Assembly: GCF_001194135.2 (NCBI RefSeq)
Contig: NC_068991.1
Span: forward strand, 6,986,780 to 7,050,779
Length of the DNA stretch: 64,000 bases
Direction of reading: 5' to 3'
DNA from: Octopus bimaculoides
Lineage: Eukaryota
The notes below the pieces were generated by a model that saw only the letters and a list, made by a program, of their open reading frames with translations, was not told the DNA's origin and did no database searches. The position numbers and the translations under genes were made by a program. Positions 27,489 to 41,297 of this stretch are shown here, one piece after another. Numbering within the stretch: position 1 is the first letter of the stretch; each line of letters starts with the position of its first letter.

Positions 27489-27800
27489 GGCGCATGGCTC
27501 AGTGGTTAGAGCATTAGCCTTTCAATCATGAGGTTATGAGTTCGATTCCCAGGCTGGACTGAGTCTTGTGTTCTTTATTTCATGTTGTTTCAGTTCACTC
27601 AGCTGTAGAAATGGTTTGCAATGTCACTGGTGCTAGGCTGTATCAACCTTTGCCTTTCCCTTGGACAACATCAGCAGCATGGAAAGGGGAGACTGATATG
27701 CATGAGCGACTGCTGGTCTCCCACAAACGACTTTGCGCAGACTTGTGCCTTGGCAGTGGGAGAGGACTTTCTAGGTGCAATGCTATGGTCATTCATGGCC
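27489..27800 (+). mobile_element. tRNA-derived SINE family D
   Basis: Clear Pol III boxes TGGCTCAGTGG and GAGTTCGATTCC, followed by a CACTCAGCTG core. No acceptor stem or CCA end. Confidence 0.7.
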
Positions 27801-28673
27801 CAAAGAGGTCTTTATCCTTTTGTGTGGCCCTAATCAAGCCATCTAATGACTAAGCTCAATATGCAACCCTGGAATTCCTTACCTCCGTTTAGTTGGATCT
27901 CCTATTGCATGTTCTGACTTGCATTGTTCAATTGTTTGTTGCAGTCTATGTATGTTGTATACTCTCTACTGTTCACTGTCTTTCTGAATGTCTAGACCAC
28001 AACTGAGACAAGCAAGGTGGACTCAGTCCGAATATTACAGCTGCTATTATTCTTGGCATTAGGAAGGGCATCCAGCTGTAGAAACATTGCCAGATCAGAT
28101 TAGAGCCTGGTGCAGCCTTCTAGCTCACAAGCCCTCAGTCAAACCATCCAACCCATGTCAGCATGGAAAGTGGACGTTAAATGATGATGATGATTGTAAT
28201 TGAGGTTGTGTGTTCTTGCTAATAAAGCAGGTGATAGAATGGACATGTGCAACTTTGTTTTTGGATCCAGATTTCTTTGTGATTGATGTAGAGAAATTGT
28301 GCAGTAGTGTCTGAAGAGCAGTGGAAAAATGTGAATGAGATATTGTCTTTAGCTAAGAACTTCCTTCCAGGAAGAAAGCATCAGTGATATTTCATTCATG
28401 TAAAACCCAAACTCCATAGAGCAGACCTAATCTGGTTGATCAGGGATGACCTGGGGCTAAATTACAACTAACAATCTAGTATAGAGTTATACATACTTTA
28501 TTCAAGGAGCATCCAACCTCTCCTATTACATTGATTGTGCTATAATATAAAAGCTAAATTATCTGAAGTCATTTGTCTGCCTGCTTTGTTGAAGTTTGAA
28601 ATTTGATGGAAAATAGCTGGACCAATCCCTTATAAAATTCCCATGTTTAAAGAACTGACTTACACTTAATTAT

Positions 28674-28716
<43 letters not shown>
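28674..28716. repeat. (TAG)n microsatellite; many other (AT)n, (CA)n and (CT)n tracts occur in the window
   Basis: Direct reading. Confidence 0.95.
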
Positions 28717-31654
28717 CTGTAGTATAAAAGCATAATTTACTTCATATGACAATTTCCTATTAAAAATCTAGTACTAGTTTTAACTTGAAGTTTGAAATAA
28801 TTTTTCTATTGAAGAAAATAAGATATTTTAAAACTTTTAGATATGTTGTATGCCAATAAACGTCCAGAACTTGAATGAATGACATTATTTAGGAAATATG
28901 TTTAACTGTCTAAATAAAAGGTTGTATTATGTCACTGATTAAATTGAAAGTATACAGTATTTATATATTTACATAGTTATTGTCATTAACAAACAACATA
29001 CAGCTTCATAACCAAACTGCTTATTCTATGATACTTGTCTTTGTTCTGTTCCTGTTTCATATCTGTGAGCACCACACACACGTATACATATAGGTGGAGG
29101 CATGACTATGTGGTTGAAAAGCTTATATCTCAAACCATGTGGTCTCAGCAGTCCGTCCTACTTAATGGCACACAGGCAAGTGGACTTGGTAGATGGAAAC
29201 TGAAAAATGCCTGTCGTGTGTGCATGTGGGTACCCTTGTTGTTTTGACGTGGTTGTAAACAGACAAACTGTCATACAAGCTATATATCCTCATCATATTC
29301 ATTTAATGTGTTTTCTGAGGCTGGCATGGATTAGACAGGCGCTAGCAAAGCAGAGGACTGCTTCAAGTTTTATTGTCTGCTTTGGCATAGTTTCTTTCGC
29401 TGGATGCCCTTCTTAATACCAACTACTTTACAGTGTGTACTGGGTGCATTTTTCATGCTACCAACACTAGTGAGGCCACCAAATAACTTGCATAATTAAG
29501 AAAGGAGCAATATTGAGGGATACAGATGTCTTGCTGGAGAGATACATGTCTATCCCAGTCAAAGGAGAGAGATAGAAAAATGTGGTGTGTGTGTATGTTG
29601 TATATGATTATTGATAATGTTATCTCATTGTACCCTTTTCTGACATTTACTAATGAGTGGATTCTTTGACACATTTATGTCCTCTCCTTAGCATTATTAG
29701 CATTCACATAAATGAAGCATATCTATGCTTCCTAATATTCCCATGTGCACATCTGTGACTGTGTGTGTGCGTGTGCGTGCGTGTGTGGTTAGAAAATATT
29801 AAGTTGCCTGAATAGCAGTGACGTAACAAATAAGCTGACAATGAAAGTTGCTGTTTGTCAAACTATATATAACAGCTGCTTGTTCAAAAAGCCCAACACA
29901 TCAATATCTCACAAAAATCTCAGATGATATTTCTGCAATGTACTTATTACTTTTAATAAAGCCAGTAATTCTGTGCATGAAGGTTAGAAACTTGTGTATG
30001 AGTTTAGAAAGAAATTATTTTCTGGAGTAATTTCTAGAACAATAGCATTCAAGGAATCCTATTAAAGATAGCGGGATGTGATTTGAAAGAAACTTGTTTG
30101 TTATTTTTAGCAAATTATGTAGACTGTATAGAGGCTTTTTTTTTATATAATAGGAAGCTTTTTCTATTTATAAATGTTATATGTATATTAAACTATATAA
30201 TACTGTAGGTCAGAGACAAACAAAGCCTTCAGCAATTACCTGGGCACTAAATTTTTTAATGATAGACTGGTTGACTGATCACCCAGTCTATCATTGGTTA
30301 AGTCTATGGTTAAGGATTAAGGATATGAAATATAAGAATGGACCACTTGTAAAAAGAGGCACAGTCAAGAGCTGAGAAATGGAGTGGGTTAATGTTAGGC
30401 TCAGAAATGAAACGGGAAGATTAAGAATCTCGCTTTGCAACCATGTGGTTTTGGGTTCAGTCGCATTGTGCTGCCCAGACTTTAAAAGTAAGTGCTGGGG
30501 TTGGTTTGTTTGACTAAATTAGTAATAGGCAGCCTTTTATCAGAAGTGGTTCCCATGAACTATTTCTCATCACCAGGTTCGCCACATTACTAAGAAAAAA
30601 TTTCAAGTTTGCCATTCAGAAAGTTTCCTATGCTGCAGGTTGTCCGTGACTATTAAACTTGTTGAGACAGAGCCCCAGCATGGCCACAGTTAAATGACTG
30701 AAACGAGTAACAGATAAAAGATCTATAATTATGACTATATTTGATAAATCTAGGTATGACCAGATTGGTACTTTAATTATCGTCTAGCTGTATTGGTACT
30801 TTAATTATTGTCAGGTCATTAATTTTGTAGCATAATGCAAATGATTTGTGTCTAGTAAAACTTTTATGTATATTTTCAATAAGTGATCATTCACTATTTT
30901 TATCTCATTTTGAATTCTGGTAAGTTGTTGGATAACAATGAGACTGGTGGATTCAAACCTTCTCAAACAGTTGAAAAAGCACCCCTATGGATGAAATTTC
31001 ACTTCAAGACTAATTACATATGGGTGTGACCAGTGTGTGCATGTGTGTCTAGACAAATGTTCAGAATGTTTACAATCTGCTTGCGGCTGTGCTACAACTG
31101 GTGACATGTGTTGACATTTCCTGTCAACAACTTGCTAGCTCTGTGCTTTCAACAGTGTCTCTGGAATTAAAAATTACTTACTTGAAAAACAGTTATGAGT
31201 TGGTGACAGGAAGAGCATCCAGGTGTAAAAATCCTACTTCAAATACCAGCCTGTCTGACATTTACTAGCATGGAAAAAGACATGCTAAATGAACAAGCAT
31301 CTAAACCAAATAGATCTAATGACTCGCAAAGAAAGATGAGGGAAGTTTATTCTGACACGCTTTACCCCATCATCACTGCTAACTCGGTGAAATGGAACAT
31401 TAAAGTAGCAGTATGGATCGATATTTTTGCCTTCAGGTTGACATGAATATCATAACCTCATCAGCACAATTATTTTAGTGTTGTTTTTTCATGTTGGCAT
31501 GAATTGAACAGGTTGTGCATACAATTTTGTTTTTATGCACCTCATTTGAATAAACATAAATATGTATTAAGAATTGTCAATTGCATCTCAGGAAAGGTTT
31601 AAGGTCTCAGCAAAATCCACCTGAACTGTGCAAGTATGGAAAAGTGAAGATATA

Positions 31655-31818
31655 GGCACAGGAGCGGCTGTGTGGTAAGTAGCTTGCTTGCCAACCAAAT
31701 GGTTCTGGGTTCAGTCCCACTGCTTAGCACCTTGGGCCAAGTGTCTTCTACTATAGCCTCAGGCCGGCCAAAGCCTTGTGAGGTGATTTGGTAGATGGAA
31801 ACTGAAAGAAACCCATCA

Positions 31819-31853
<35 letters not shown>

Positions 31854-32050
31854 TTGTGTGTCTGTATGTCCCCCCAACATTGCTTGGCAACCAATGCTGG
31901 TGCATTTACGTTCCTGTAACCTAGTGGTTCAGCAAAAGAGACTGATAGAATAAGTACTAGGCTTACAGAGAATGTTCTGGGGTCGATTTACTCGACTAAA
32001 GGCAGTGCTCCAGCATGGCCACAGTCAAATGAGTGAAATAAGTAAAAGAA
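31655..32050 (+). mobile_element. tRNA-derived SINE family B, near full length
   Basis: A-box-like GGCTGTGTGGT, B-box-like GGTTCAGTCCC, CCTTGGGCCAAGTGTCTTCTACTATAGCC core, internal (CA)n and GCTCCAGCATGGCCACAGTCAAATGA 3' end. Related copies near 16752, 19215, 25750, 30430, 35140, 37455, 47590, 50100, 52745 and 54325. Confidence 0.85.
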
Positions 32051-33503
32051 AAAAATATATATATTTGATGATGATGATATTCAAAATTGTTTTTAATTAC
32101 CTCCCTGTTTTAGTATCTGTCGTACATATCACTACTTTCTGACATTTGATGGCTGAGCATTCTGTAGTTTGGACGATAACTTGTCTTATTGTTCACTGAT
32201 ATGATTCCTCATGACTGCTGTGCATTATAGTGGCGAGAGACGAGAGTGATTTTTGAGGAGATAATTAGAAAACTTTATCAAATAAAGTGTAGTGTGTTGG
32301 TTTTGTTACTCTGGACCTTGTATTGATAATCAGCATAGTTATATTCATGTATTCTTTCTAAAAGAAATCTTAGCAGCTTTAATACAAAATAGGTAGAATA
32401 CTTAACTGCATGTGGCTTAAAAGACACATTTAAAAATTAGTGCTCAGTTCCATTTTAAAGGATAAGGTGGTCACAGTTGGAATGCATTTGATCATAAATC
32501 TGCTCAATAAGGATTGACCCGGGGACAATATACTGTTATCATATTGATGTTATTTCTGTAACATCATCCTCATTTCCTGCAGTTTTATCTAAAAACATGG
32601 AGGCTAATTTCAGTAATTAGTGAAACTATAGCACAAATATTTACAATTCTCCTTGTCCACATTTCTTTCTAGCTATTAAGGGATTATCTTCTCGCTGAAC
32701 TAACTCCAGCTAGTTATATGCCATCTGTGTCTAATAAATGCAATCATGTGACTGTTAATAATAAATTTGGTATTTGTTACTGCTGTTTTTTGTTTTATAA
32801 TCTATTTTGATGCCTTACTATATTTCTTTTTGTTTTGTTTTATCTCAGAAGAAATAATTTTCGTCATTTACAAATAATTAGCCTGAAAAATAGACATGCT
32901 GGGACATGTTATGAAGCTATTTAATTACAGAAATCTTACCTGGGTTTGGAGTGGTGATGATATTGTCTAAGCAGTGAATAGATGTCCTTTAATCTCTATT
33001 TCGAGTTTTAATTGAAATGTTGACTGTAAATTCCTAATTTACTGATTGAAGCTGCTTTGATAGCTTTGATTCCATTTAGTATTTGCTTTTATTATTTCTT
33101 TCATTAACTCAAGTAAGCTGGTAGAATTGTTAAGTGAGCCAGGCAAAATGCTTAGTGGTATCTCTTCTGATTCTTTACATTTTAGGTTCAAATTCTGCCA
33201 ATGTTGTCTTTGCATTCCATAATTTTGAGGTCAGTAAAATAAGCATTAATTAAACACTGGGGTTGATGTAATTGACTTACACTTTCCATCATCATCATCT
33301 GCTTTCCATGCTGGCAAGGGTTGGACGGTTTGACTAAAAACTAGTAAGCTGGTGGGACTGTACCAGGTTCCAATCTGATTTGGTAAGGTTTCTATGGCTG
33401 GATCCCCTTCCTAATGCCAACCACTATGAGAGTATAGTGGGTGCTTTTTATGGCATGGGTGCCATTGACTTGACACCAGCCACAACTACAGTCTCTCTTT
33501 CTT

Positions 33504-33552
<49 letters not shown>

Positions 33553-34935
33553 TGTTTCTGAGGCCCTGCCTTCCCTCTTGACTAAAAAAATGAAGAAAGG
33601 AACAAGCAAAAGCACTTCATGATACCTGTGGGGGGCTCTCTGATGTTTGTTTATGAATATTAATATCAGTCTTTTTTCATTTACCTACAGATAAAAATTA
33701 ATAAATTTTTACACTTTAATCCCTAATACTAAACACAAATTAGACAATCATGACTGTAGTCCATAGTTTGAATTCAAAGGCTTGGCATAAGCTAGATTGT
33801 CTTGTTTATTATGGAGGTTAATTTTTTTTATATAAATCCTACAATTATTGATTGATTCGATGTTTTGAGTCTGTCTCATATATGCAAGAAACCTACTGAA
33901 ATATCGATTGATTCATTCAATGTGTATGTCTGTCTTCCTTGCTAGCAGGAGTGTGTGTGTGTGTGTGTTTGGTTGTAGAAATCAAGCTAAAACTGAGACA
34001 GTGAAGTACTATGTGTCCTCCAACCTGTTAGATCCTGTTGCACCGGCCTACTCATGCTAGCATGGAAAGCAAATGTAAATTGATGATGATATATATATAT
34101 GCATTAGATAGGCCATCATTGGAGTGTTAAGCTTTGAGTTTTCATCCAGACCCATTTATAATGGGCCTGTTTAGTTAGGACAAGTGGATTTGGGCAAAAA
34201 TAATTATGCCTGTTGAGATTTATCTATAATTTAAACAGAAGCAATTCAAGTAAATTCCTGTTACCCATTTAGCAACTGTGGCACCACGAATGACTATTCA
34301 GTTGAAAGCAGTGGTGAGCTGGCAGAGCGGAATCATAAATGTGTTGGAAAATAAGCTTAGCAGCAATCCATCCCCACCCCCTCCCACCCAGTTCTTTATG
34401 TTCTAAGTTCAAATTCTGCTGAGGTTCACTACTTTTCATCCTTTCGGGGTTGATGAAATAAATTCCAATTGAGATCTGAGGTCAAGGTAATCGATGTACC
34501 CCCTCAAAATTGCTGGCCTTGTTTCAAAATTAGAAAAAAAGAATGTTGAGATTCTCTAGAATGGTTTCATGTTGCCTGCTCTGAGACATATTTGAAACCT
34601 GCACTGCAAAACTAATAAAATATTTGGCAATTATTCAACGATTTCACTACTGACACAGGTAGACAATATCTTTTTATAGAATCTATTACAGTTTGGTAGG
34701 CTGGGCCGATGAGGTTTAAATATCTATGCCAGGTAATCTGCAGTGCTGGCTATGGGAAATAAACCCTCAATACTTATGCTGAGGTGCAAACATTCTGTTG
34801 ACTTAACTGGTTACACCTTTATAAACCTAGTTTGTTAAAACTTTCTGTACTGCTCGAGTTAAGCTAATAAATGAGAAGCTTGTACTTCAGAGCCTTCATC
34901 TATGTTGTTGATAATAAGTAATACCTATAGATATA

Positions 34936-35127
34936 CGAGGGGTGCTGAAAAGTTCCTGGCTTTAAAGATATCATGAAAGGCCTGGTTGGAGTCCTAACCA
35001 TTCAAGTTTAGAAAAACTGAAGGACTGCTGTGTCTGAGGGAGAATATGTTGAATAAAATCATAATTAACTGATCTTCTTGTATTTTTAATTTTTACTCAA
35101 CCTCAGGAGCTTTTCAGCACCCCCTCA
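34936..35127. mobile_element. Tc1/mariner-type MITE
   Basis: TA|CGAGGGGTGCTGAAAAGTTCCTG at the left end and CAGGAGCTTTTCAGCACCCCCTCA at the right end form ~23-bp TIRs. A TACGAGGG start is typical of mariners. Confidence 0.75.
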
Positions 35128-36245
35128 TTTACACAGGTGAGGTATGTCTATGTGGCTAAGAAGCACACCTTGTAATGATATAGTTTTAAGTTCAGTCTAA
35201 CTGTGTGACACCTTGGACAGGTGTCTTCTTTAGTCCCTGGTCAACCAATGCCTTGGGAGTGAGTTTGCTAGACAGAAATGTGTGGAAGCTGCCTGTATTT
35301 GTCACCCCACCACACACACACACACACACCATTTTCAACCAGTGTTGGTTTGTTTACATTCCCGTAAATCAGCCAACAGGCCAATAGAGTAAGTACAAGT
35401 CCTTAAGTTGATTCGTTATGACTAAAACCCTTCAAGGCAGAGCCCCATCTTGGCTGTAACCCGATACAAAAAAGCAAAAGCTAAGAGATAAGCACACAGC
35501 TGTAAATACTTCATTAATGTACCTACAATATAGGATGGATTTGTGAATATAGGAGCAGCTTAGTATTTGGTTAAGGTTTTCCTGAGTATATGTCGATCCA
35601 AGTGAAGCCCATATCCTAATTTTCTGAATGAATATATTTCTGTTCTGGATTGGAAAGTTACACAGTATATGTATCACAGGTGGGACTTTGTCTTCCAATG
35701 ATGGAACTTTTACGTAACAGATGATTTTTGTATCTTGTTTGCACAATTCTTAATGTGAACTTGTGTGTTGAAATTTTTGTATTTTGGGAGGGTCATATCA
35801 ATTATGAACACATGCACTGACTCTACTGCACTTCTTTATTATTCATTGATTAATTAACTATTTGACCCTTTAGCTTTCAGATTATTTTATCAAATGCATT
35901 GCTTATTCACATTGTTTTGAATGATATTGTAGAGTTGTTGTAAGGGGGCCAGATATGACTGGTTTGATTTACTTAATCAATTCAGAGACCTGAAGCTGAA
36001 GTGAAGAGAGATCGAGTGAGCATGTCATTGAAGAGGTCAAGAAAAGGACTTTGACAAACTTAATTGATTTTATTAATCAAATGATTAACAAAGCAATCGA
36101 TTGTTTAAACAGCTAATTGATGAATAATAAGTTAAATAGAATCAGTGTGTGTTTGTTATTGGCATAATGACCCCTAAGATACAATAGAAAAACGATGGCT
36201 TTTGTTTAGTTAATTAATGTTTTTTGTTTTTGTTTTTTATTTCAG

Positions 36246-36988
36246 AGAAACATCCTGAAGTGAAAAAGCTGTTTGGGCCAGATCCACATTTAAAATTCAT
36301 AGTTTTATGTATGGTAATTATACAGATGATATCAATGTATTTTGTTAAGGACATGGACTGGATGTATATAATAATATTTGCCTACTGTTTTGGCGGTGTC
36401 ATTAACCATTCAATGTCTTTAGCTATTCATGAAATTGCCCATAATTTGGCTTTTGGAACAAAGTACCCACTGGCAAACAGAGCTTTGGGAATATTCGGCA
36501 ACTTACCTCTTGGAGTGCCTGTCTCTATCACTTTTAAAAAATATCACCTGGAACATCATCGATTTCAAGGAGAGGATGACATAGATGTAGATATTCCCAC
36601 CAAATTTGAAGCTAAGTTCTTTAATAGAACATTTACCAAATTTCTCTGGGTGGTTTTACAGCCATTGTTTTACACAATACGGCCATTTTTCATTCGTCCT
36701 AAGTCTTTGGAACTTTTGGAATTAATCAATATATTTGTACAGTTTAGCTTTGATGCTGTAGTGTTTTATTTCTTGGGTATAAAACCTATTGTGTACATGA
36801 TTGCTGGAACGCTTTTGGCAACTGGACTACATCCAATGGCTGGGCATTTTATATCTGAGCATTACATGTTCAAGAAAGGATACGAAACCTACTCTTATTA
36901 TGGGTGTCTCAACGCAATTACCTTCAATGTTGGTTTTCACAATGAGCATCACGATTTCCCTTATGTTGCTGGAAGTAAACTGCCTGCG
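36246..36988 (+). CDS. DEGS1: DEGS exon 2 (membrane fatty-acid desaturase domain)
   Basis: tttcag|AG to GCG|gtaaga; 743 nt. Contains the three His boxes HEIAH, HLEHH and HNEHH, plus the HPMAGHFISEHY and TYSYYG motifs. Confidence 0.98.
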
Positions 36989-37720
36989 GTAAGATTTATT
37001 TTGTTTAATTCTGTTCAAAATAACTTTATTCATTGCTATGCATATTCAGTTGTAGCTTACAAATCAGAAATTATAGTCTTTTCACCAACTCTGATATATC
37101 TTGAAAATGTTGATGGAGTTTGATAGATTGACACAATGCAGATGTTTTCTTTGACCTATTTAGAAGTTGAAAGCAAATGGGTTATAAAAAGATGCACACA
37201 ATTTTGAAAATTCAGTGCATTTTCTTTTATGCTATCTTTAAAGGTTTTTCTTTTAGTGTGAGTAAACTTTCACAGAAATTTAGTACAAGTTGTGATAATG
37301 AAACTGAAATGTTTCATGTAAAGAATAACTAATTAACATTTGTAAAAACTGAAATAGCAGCTGCTGTATGTTTTAATAAGTTAATTGTGAATTTTTTTTT
37401 TTTTGCCCCGTTGATGTTACACCTAGTGCTATGATGCAATACAGATGAAAATTTTATATAGGCACATATGTTGGGTGGTGTGGCACCTTGGGCAAGTGTC
37501 TTTTATTGTCCTGGACCATCCAAAGCTTTGCGAGTAGATTTGGTAGACAGTAACTGAAAGCAGCATGTCATGTGTGTTATGTTTGTCCCCCACGACCACT
37601 TGACAACTGGTATTAGGTCTCTATAACTTAGTGGTTCAGCGAAAGAGAATCATAGAATACATACCAAGCTTTAAAAAAAATAAATGCTGAAACAAGTAAA
37701 AGATAATGTACACTGTTTAT

Positions 37721-37935
37721 ATTCTTTTCTACTCTAGGCACAAGGCCTGAAATTTTGGGAGAGTGGGGTAGTCAATTAGATCGACCGCAGTACGCAACTG
37801 GTACTTAATTTATCAACCCCGAAAGGATGAAAGGCAAAGTCGACCTCGGCGGAATTTGAACTCAGAACGTAAAGACAGACGAAATGCCGCTAAGCATTTC
37901 ACCTGGCGTGCTAACGTTTCTGCCAGCCTGCCACC
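37721..37935 (-). mobile_element. SINE family C copy in DEGS intron 2 (little diverged)
   Basis: Reverse strand reads CTGGCAGAAACGTTAGC...GAGTTCAAATTCCGCCGAGGTCGACTTTGCCTTTCATCCTTTCGGGG...AGTAGAAAAGAAT. Confidence 0.85.
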
Positions 37936-38942
37936 CTGTATATTATAATCAGACTGGTGTCCTCCTCTTGATTGTTGCTTTCACTATTTTATTTCTGGAT
38001 GTATGTTTAGTGCAACACCTGATGATAATCAGTGATCAGACTGAACAAGACATTGTACCATCACCATTTAACATTCATTTCCTATGCTGACATGGGTTAG
38101 ATGGTTCAACAGGAACTGGTAAATGAGAAGACTGCACCAAGCTCCAATGCACCAGATCCCTTTCCTAATGCCAACCACTTTACAGTGTCTGCTAAGTATT
38201 TTTTATGTGGCAGTGACAGTAGTGAGGTTACCAGGTTACTCACAAGACAAGACCCCTCAACTGAGGGGGGCAGCATAATATCAAGGTGGTGTGTGGCTTT
38301 ATGCCAGGTGATATGTGGTTAAAGTATGATAGGGGAACAGAAATAGGTGTCTAGCCGCAAAGGAAATACATGATTACCTCTGTTGGAAATACCTTCATAT
38401 CTAACGATGAGCTTAATAATCTGAAATATATTAGGCCAATTATTTTAAAATTAAACAATCAGGAAAAATATATGGGAAACTGAAATAAGTAAATTTACCT
38501 TTATAGTAATGCAAATGTTAATATTGCTGTCTTTGATACCAACTGCCTGACACTGTTGATTTATATTACTGTATTTTATGGCCTATAAGATGCACCTTTT
38601 TTTACCCAAAAATGGCTTTAAAAATCTCCCTGCATCCAATGCACTCAATGTAGGTATGTATGTTTACAAAACATGTGCTGCCATCTATTGGTGAATAATC
38701 ACCTATGGTATGTTTATATTGAATGTGGATGCATTAAATTGCTTATAATTACCGGTAATAACAAAGTTATACAGGTAAGTGGAGGAGTTAAAACATTATT
38801 TTAGTGGTAATTTTTTTTTACAATATATATATATAAATAAATATATACACACACATACATACATGTGTGTTTATTTTGTTTCTAGTGCCTATTTTCATCA
38901 ATGATTTAAAACTTATTTTCTGTTTTTGTTTTTTTTTTCCAG

Positions 38943-39089
38943 CTCCGTAAAATGGCACCAGAGTTTTATGACAACCTACCATGTCACACCTCTTGGGTGA
39001 GGGTGATTTACGATTTCATATTTGATCCTGACATTGGACCATATTCAAGAATAAAGCGTTCTACAAAGCCTTTCAAATCTTCCAAGTAA
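38943..39089 (+). CDS. DEGS1: DEGS exon 3 (terminal; not in the ORF track)
   Basis: Long pyrimidine tract then ccag|CTC. Encodes LRKMAPEFYDNLPCHTSWVRVIYDFIFDPDIGPYSRIKRSTKPFKSSK*. Total CDS 82+743+147=972 nt, 323 aa. Confidence 0.96.
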   Translation, partial: LRKMAPEFYDNLPCHTSWVRVIYDFIFDPDIGPYSRIKRSTKPFKSSK

Positions 39090-39242
39090 TTAGGAATGCT
39101 GTGTGGGTTTTTGTTTTTTTACCATTGAAAAATATATTAAAAATTTGTTTGAATTTTTAATTACTCATAATTGTAATTTTTGTTTTGCATTACTGGAATT
39201 CTGTACCTCAATTTTATTAATTTTATAAATCACATTATTACT

Positions 39243-40270
39243 AAGGTAACAAGCTGGCAGCCATTAGTATGCTGGGCGAAATGCTTAGCAGCATTTTGTT
39301 CTTCTTTACATTCTGAGTTCAAATTACACCAAGGTCTACTTTGCCTTTCATCCTTCCAGGGTCAATAAAATAAATACCGGTTGAACACTGGGGTTGATGT
39401 AATCAACTTACCTCCTCCTGTGAACTTGCTGCCCTTGTGGCAAAATTTAAATCCATTGTTATTATTATGATTATTTTTATTATTCAAGATGCTTCTTTTG
39501 CTGTTATTTTCTAAAAACATGATTATATCTATCAGTTTACAAATTCCTGGCAAAATTTCTACACATCTCTTCTGATACTGTTATATTAAGTAATAATACT
39601 TTTCTCTAATATCAAGCTATTGATTCTGTGACATTGCCATCTTACATGACTTTAGTGCTTCAAGAGAAGTAGTGGAGTGACAAGTGTCTAGCTATGTTAC
39701 CTTATGTTCCGAGTTCAAATCCCACCGAGATGAATTTTGTCCTTCTTCCTGTTAAAGGTTAGTAAAATTAGTATCATTGAGGTACTGGGCCTGATGTAAT
39801 TGGTCATACTCCTCTGAAAAAATGTGGCCTTGTGTTCACATTATAATTGGCTAAGCTGGCAGAATTGTTAGCGCACTGGACGAAATGCTTAGCAGTATTT
39901 CATCTGCTGCTACGTTCTGAGTTCAAATTCCGCCAAGGTTGACTTTGCGTTTCATCCTTTTGGGGTTGATTAAGTAAGTACCAACTTAATCCCTTAATCA
40001 ACTTAATCCCTTCCCCAAATTTGAGGCCTTGTGCTTCCAGTAGAAAGGATTATTATTATTATTAAGGCGGTGAGCTGGGATAATTGTTAGCTGCATTTCA
40101 TCCCTCTTTGTGTTCTGAGTTCAAATTCTGCCGACGTCAACTTTACCTTTCATCCTTTCGGGGTCAATAAAATAAGTACCAGTTGAACACTGGAGTTGAT
40201 TTAATCGACTTATACTCTCCCCTGAAATTGCTGGCCTTGTGCCAAAATTTGAACTTATTACTATTATTGA
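39243..40270 (+). mobile_element. Four consecutive same-orientation SINE family C copies
   Basis: Copies start near 39243, 39670, 39848 and 40064, each with GAGTTCAAAT and the TTCATCCTT core. Other C copies lie near 25495, 33105, 34313, 45320, 47950 (+) and 48370, 60165, 61078 (-). Confidence 0.85.
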
Positions 40271-41297
40271 AAGAAATTGGGTCGGACTTGTTTGTCAGTA
40301 ATTACTTTCTTACAGAAGTACTTATTTTTAAATACATTAATGTGTGTGTGCGTGTGCGTGTGTGTGTGTGTGTGTGTTCATATACATATGTGTGATATAT
40401 GATGTATGTCTATTTTGATTAATGTATGAAAAAAATGAAGTACCTAGCTTATAAGTATTCNNNNNNNNNNNNNNNNNNNNNNNNNNNNNNNNNNNNNNNN
40501 NNNNNNNNNNNNNNNNNNNNNNNNNNNNNNNNNNNNNNNNNNNNNNNNNNNNNNNNNNNNNNNNNNNNNNNNNNNNNNNNNNNNNNNNNNNNNNNNNNNN
40601 NNNNNNNNNNNNNNNNNNNNNNNNNNNNNNNNNNNNNNNNNNNNNNNNNNNNNNNNNNNNNNNNNNNNNNNNNNNNNNNNNNNNNNNNNNNNNNNNNNNN
40701 NNNNNNNNNNNNNNNNNNNNNNNNNNNNNNNNNNNNNNNNNNNNNNNNNNNNNNNNNNNNNNNNNNNNNNNNNNNNNNNNNNNNNNNNNNNNNNNNNNNN
40801 NNNNNNNNNNNNNNNNNNNNNNNNNNNNNNNNNNNNNNNNNNNNNNNNNNNNNNNNNNNNNNNNNNNNNNNNNNNNNNNNNNNNNNNNNNNNNNNNNNNN
40901 NNNNNNNNNNNNNNNNNNNNNNNNNNNNNNNNNNNNNNNNNNNNNNNNNNNNNNNNNNNNNNNNNNNNNNNNNNNNNNNNNNNNNNNNNNNNNNNNNNNN
41001 NNNNNNNNNNNNNNNNNNNNNNNNNNNNNNNNNNNNNNNNNNNNNNNNNNNNNNNNNNNNNNNNNNNNNNNNNNNNNNNNNNNNNCCCCCCCCCCCCATG
41101 AATTTTGCTTGTTTCTCTTGTGCATTACTTATTTGCTATCTGTTTGTGTCAAAACTTGCAATCAACCTACTTCATGTTATCCTCAAAATTGCTATGTCCT
41201 TCCCCTTTATTCTTTTCAATATAATGGATGCAATTTTCTTTGATCTTTTTGGTCTAAATAATAATGTTTTCTTTTTTCCTTTGAATTTCTCATGTGA

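Noticed and set aside
27489-27560. tRNA gene
   Set aside because: It has A and B boxes but no cloverleaf closure or acceptor stem, and continues into a SINE body.
36224-37123. 299-aa ORF taken as the full DEGS protein
   Set aside because: Both ends run into intron; the splice sites define 36246-36988 and the true termini are on separate exons.
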